From an uncultured Solirubrobacterales bacterium (GTDB lineage: Bacteria > Actinomycetota > Thermoleophilia > Solirubrobacterales > Solirubrobacteraceae): DNA of 64,000 bases. The translations under genes were made by a program, and so were the position numbers. The stretch is taken from positions 497 through 64,496 of the forward strand of contig CAIJLJ010000099.1 in the NCBI GenBank assembly GCA_903821395.1, in the 5' to 3' direction. The notes under the pieces are model-generated. The model had not been told where the DNA came from, searched no databases, and saw only the letters and a program-made list of their open reading frames with translations. Shown here in pieces: positions 61,806 to 64,000 of the stretch (position 1 is the first letter of the stretch; each line of letters opens with the position of its first letter).

Positions 61806-62633
61806 GTGCGCCTGACCGCCCGCCGTCACGACGTTGATCCAGATCGCCCCGATGGCCTGTTGCTACTGCTCGAGGACCCAGTCACCGGCCTGATCCCGTG
61901 GTTTGCCGTCGGCTTTCTCGCCGGGCCGCTCCCGTTCGTGATTGCCTCGGCGATCGCTCTGGTGCTTTCCCTGATGCTGGTGATGGCCTCGCGACTGCGC
62001 GGCGAACAGCCCAAGATTCTTGAGCTCTCTGACCTAGTTTTCTTCATCTGCTTGACGATCGTTGCTGCGCTTGCCGGAAAGGAATTGACTGCCTGGCTCA
62101 ACGATCACGCTGACGAGGTCGCCAATGTGGCCGTTGCTCTGCTGGCCTACATCTCTCTGGCGATCGGACGCCCGTTCACGAGCCAGTACACGCTCGGCCG
62201 CTTCCCGAACGCCAGCGCACAGTTAAGGGCCCGCCTCGATCGCCTGGGTACTTGGATCTGGGCGCTGGCATTGACCTTCGCTGCGCTCGCTGGGTTCTAC
62301 GGCGAGTTCATTCTGCCCGACCTATCAACCAACCTTTGGACCGGTTGGATCCTGCAGACCGCACCGCTGATCGTGGCGTTCAACACGACGATCTGGATTG
62401 ATCGGCGTGCGCTCGCGCGCGCGGCCGGCGCAGAGCCGTTCCCCGGGATCTGGGCGCTGCTGCGCGACATCAGCTTCTGGTTCATCCCGAGCGGATGCCT
62501 CTCATTGATCTTTGACAGCGCGCCGCCATTCGTCGGCTGGGGGCTGATCGCCATTGGCGTCGCAGCAACGGCGACGTTCTGGGCGCTGCAAATCCACGAC
62601 GACGGCCGAATCCGAATCGCCGCGTCGCACTGA
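61806..62633 (+). CDS. Hypothetical multi-pass membrane protein
   Basis: About 8 TM segments, KILE, SLAIGRPFT.QY. Confidence 0.7.
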   Translation: MRLTARRHDVDPDRPDGLLLLLEDPVTGLIPWFAVGFLAGPLPFVIASAIALVLSLMLVMASRLRGEQPKILELSDLVFFICLTIVAALAGKELTAWLNDHADEVANVAVALLAYISLAIGRPFTSQYTLGRFPNASAQLRARLDRLGTWIWALALTFAALAGFYGEFILPDLSTNLWTGWILQTAPLIVAFNTTIWIDRRALARAAGAEPFPGIWALLRDISFWFIPSGCLSLIFDSAPPFVGWGLIAIGVAATATFWALQIHDDGRIRIAASH

Positions 62634-62645
62634 GCTAGCCGCTAG

Positions 62646-63914
62646 TCAGACGGCTACAGGAATTGTTCGATACTGATTGAGGAAGGTCGAGCTGAGGCGG
62701 GTCGGCTCACCGTCAAGTCTCATCTCAGGGAAGCGGCGCAGCGTCTCCTCTAGCCAGATCTTCATCTCGAGCCGCGCCAGCCCGGCGCCGAGGCAGAAGT
62801 GGCGACCGCCACCGCCGAAGCCCTGATGCTCGTTTAGCGTGCGGCCAACGTCGAAGTGGTGCGGATCGTCGAAGACGCTCTCGTCGCGGTTGCCCGACAC
62901 GTACCACATCAGAACCTTGTCGCCTTCGGCAATTGGCTGGCCAGCGATCTCGGTGTCCTTGGTTGCCGTGCGCCGCATGTAGGCGAAAGCCGGGTGGACG
63001 CGAACGAACTCTTCGACCACCTGCTCCGGCGGTACTGCGCCGCTCTTCACTAGCTCCATCTGCTCTGGATCTTCAAGCAGGCTGAGGTAGCCGGAGCAGA
63101 AGGTCGCGCGGGTCGAATCGTTACCGGCAACCATCAGCAGGAACCAGAACATGCAGATCTCTTCTGCGGTCAGTTTCTCGCCGTCCACTTCAGCGTCGAG
63201 CAGGGCGCTGGTTAGGTCGTCCTGGCGTTCAGCACCGCGCGCCTCAACGAGATTCCACACGTACTCGAAGACCTCTTTGAGCGCCGTCCAAGTGTCGTGC
63301 ATGTCGCCGACTACGCGCGGATCTTCAAAGGCTGTCGTGCGGTTGGTCCAGTCGACGAGCTTGTCTGCGTCCTCGCGCGGGGCGCCCAGCATGTCGCCGA
63401 TCACCATTGCCGGTACGTAGACGCCAACGTCCTGAACTAGGTCGATCTTGCCGTCGGGGTGGCGCTCAAGCGCGTTGTCATAGACGAGGTTGACGATCTC
63501 ACGAATTCGATCGGCGTGATCGAGCGAGCGCTTCGGTGTGAATGCCTTCTGCACCAGTGCCTTGAGCCGATCGTGGCGCGGGGGATCCTGCGCGATCAGC
63601 ATCATCCGCATGAAGTAGAGCGGCTCGTCGGGTGCGTCCTCGGGGATTTGGTCGTCCGGCAAGAATTGGTTGACGGCGAGGATGCCGCCCATCTCAGAGG
63701 AGAAGGTTTCGAAGTCGCGCCCAACTGAGGCGATCTCCTCGAAGCGCGTTACCGACCAGAAGCCTTCCTCGTGGGCGAAACCTTCGAGCGGGCTCCAGTG
63801 CACTGGCTGCTCATTGCGCAGCCGTTCAAAGACTTCGTGGGGCGGTCCGTCTTCCCAAAGGGAGAGGTCGCTGAGGTCGATTTGGTTGAGGTCGCTGCCT
63901 GCGGTTGTGGTCAT
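62646..63914 (-). CDS. Cytochrome P450
   Basis: DPPRH, AGNDST, EEFVR (ExxR), FGGGGRHFCLG heme ligand. Confidence 0.96.
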   Translation of the reverse strand: MTTTAGSDLNQIDLSDLSLWEDGPPHEVFERLRNEQPVHWSPLEGFAHEEGFWSVTRFEEIASVGRDFETFSSEMGGILAVNQFLPDDQIPEDAPDEPLYFMRMMLIAQDPPRHDRLKALVQKAFTPKRSLDHADRIREIVNLVYDNALERHPDGKIDLVQDVGVYVPAMVIGDMLGAPREDADKLVDWTNRTTAFEDPRVVGDMHDTWTALKEVFEYVWNLVEARGAERQDDLTSALLDAEVDGEKLTAEEICMFWFLLMVAGNDSTRATFCSGYLSLLEDPEQMELVKSGAVPPEQVVEEFVRVHPAFAYMRRTATKDTEIAGQPIAEGDKVLMWYVSGNRDESVFDDPHHFDVGRTLNEHQGFGGGGRHFCLGAGLARLEMKIWLEETLRRFPEMRLDGEPTRLSSTFLNQYRTIPVAV

Positions 63915-63934
63915 TTAGGCTGGGCTCCTGAGCG

Positions 63935-63955
63935 GACTTGACAGTGTGTCAAGTC
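63935..63955. promoter_or_regulatory. Perfect inverted repeat GACTTGACA-gtg-TGTCAAGTC; candidate repressor operator for the P450 gene
   Basis: 9-bp arms with a 3-nt spacer, 20 nt upstream of the P450 ATG. Confidence 0.7.
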
Positions 63956-64000
63956 ATCACCCTAGCGGATCAACCGGCGAGCGTCCATCGCTCGGACGCC

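Overview
High-GC, gene-dense chromosomal window. Gene content and order suggest a Thermoleophilia/Solirubrobacterales-like actinobacterium (inference). Most of it is core genome: rpmE-DUF1385-prfA-prmC-tsaC-glyA-wecA-like, a complete atp operon, an LCP/nucleotide-sugar cluster, comF-hpf-secA-prfB, nadCA, ftsEX-ctpA-rnr-smpB, tmRNA, split cydDC/cydAB and a P450. I saw no mobile element, CRISPR array, rRNA or tRNA. Top leads: (1) a MerR-ahcY-ahcY2 operon with an upstream palindrome, where the second SAH-hydrolase paralogue has its catalytic K-x-x-x-D-N motif changed to E-x-x-x-N-D and apparently starts at CTG; (2) a ~130-nt rod-shaped ncRNA candidate behind a near-consensus sigma70 promoter (6S-like?); (3) an ECF sigma factor with a long C-terminal extension that shares a GCGTCACA-N16-GTCT promoter motif with its downstream secreted Dx[DN]xDG-repeat gene; (4) a pseudo-receiver NarL-type regulator lacking a canonical start codon; (5) many apparently leaderless promoters. 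All calls come from reading the sequence and recognising motifs; no database searches were run.
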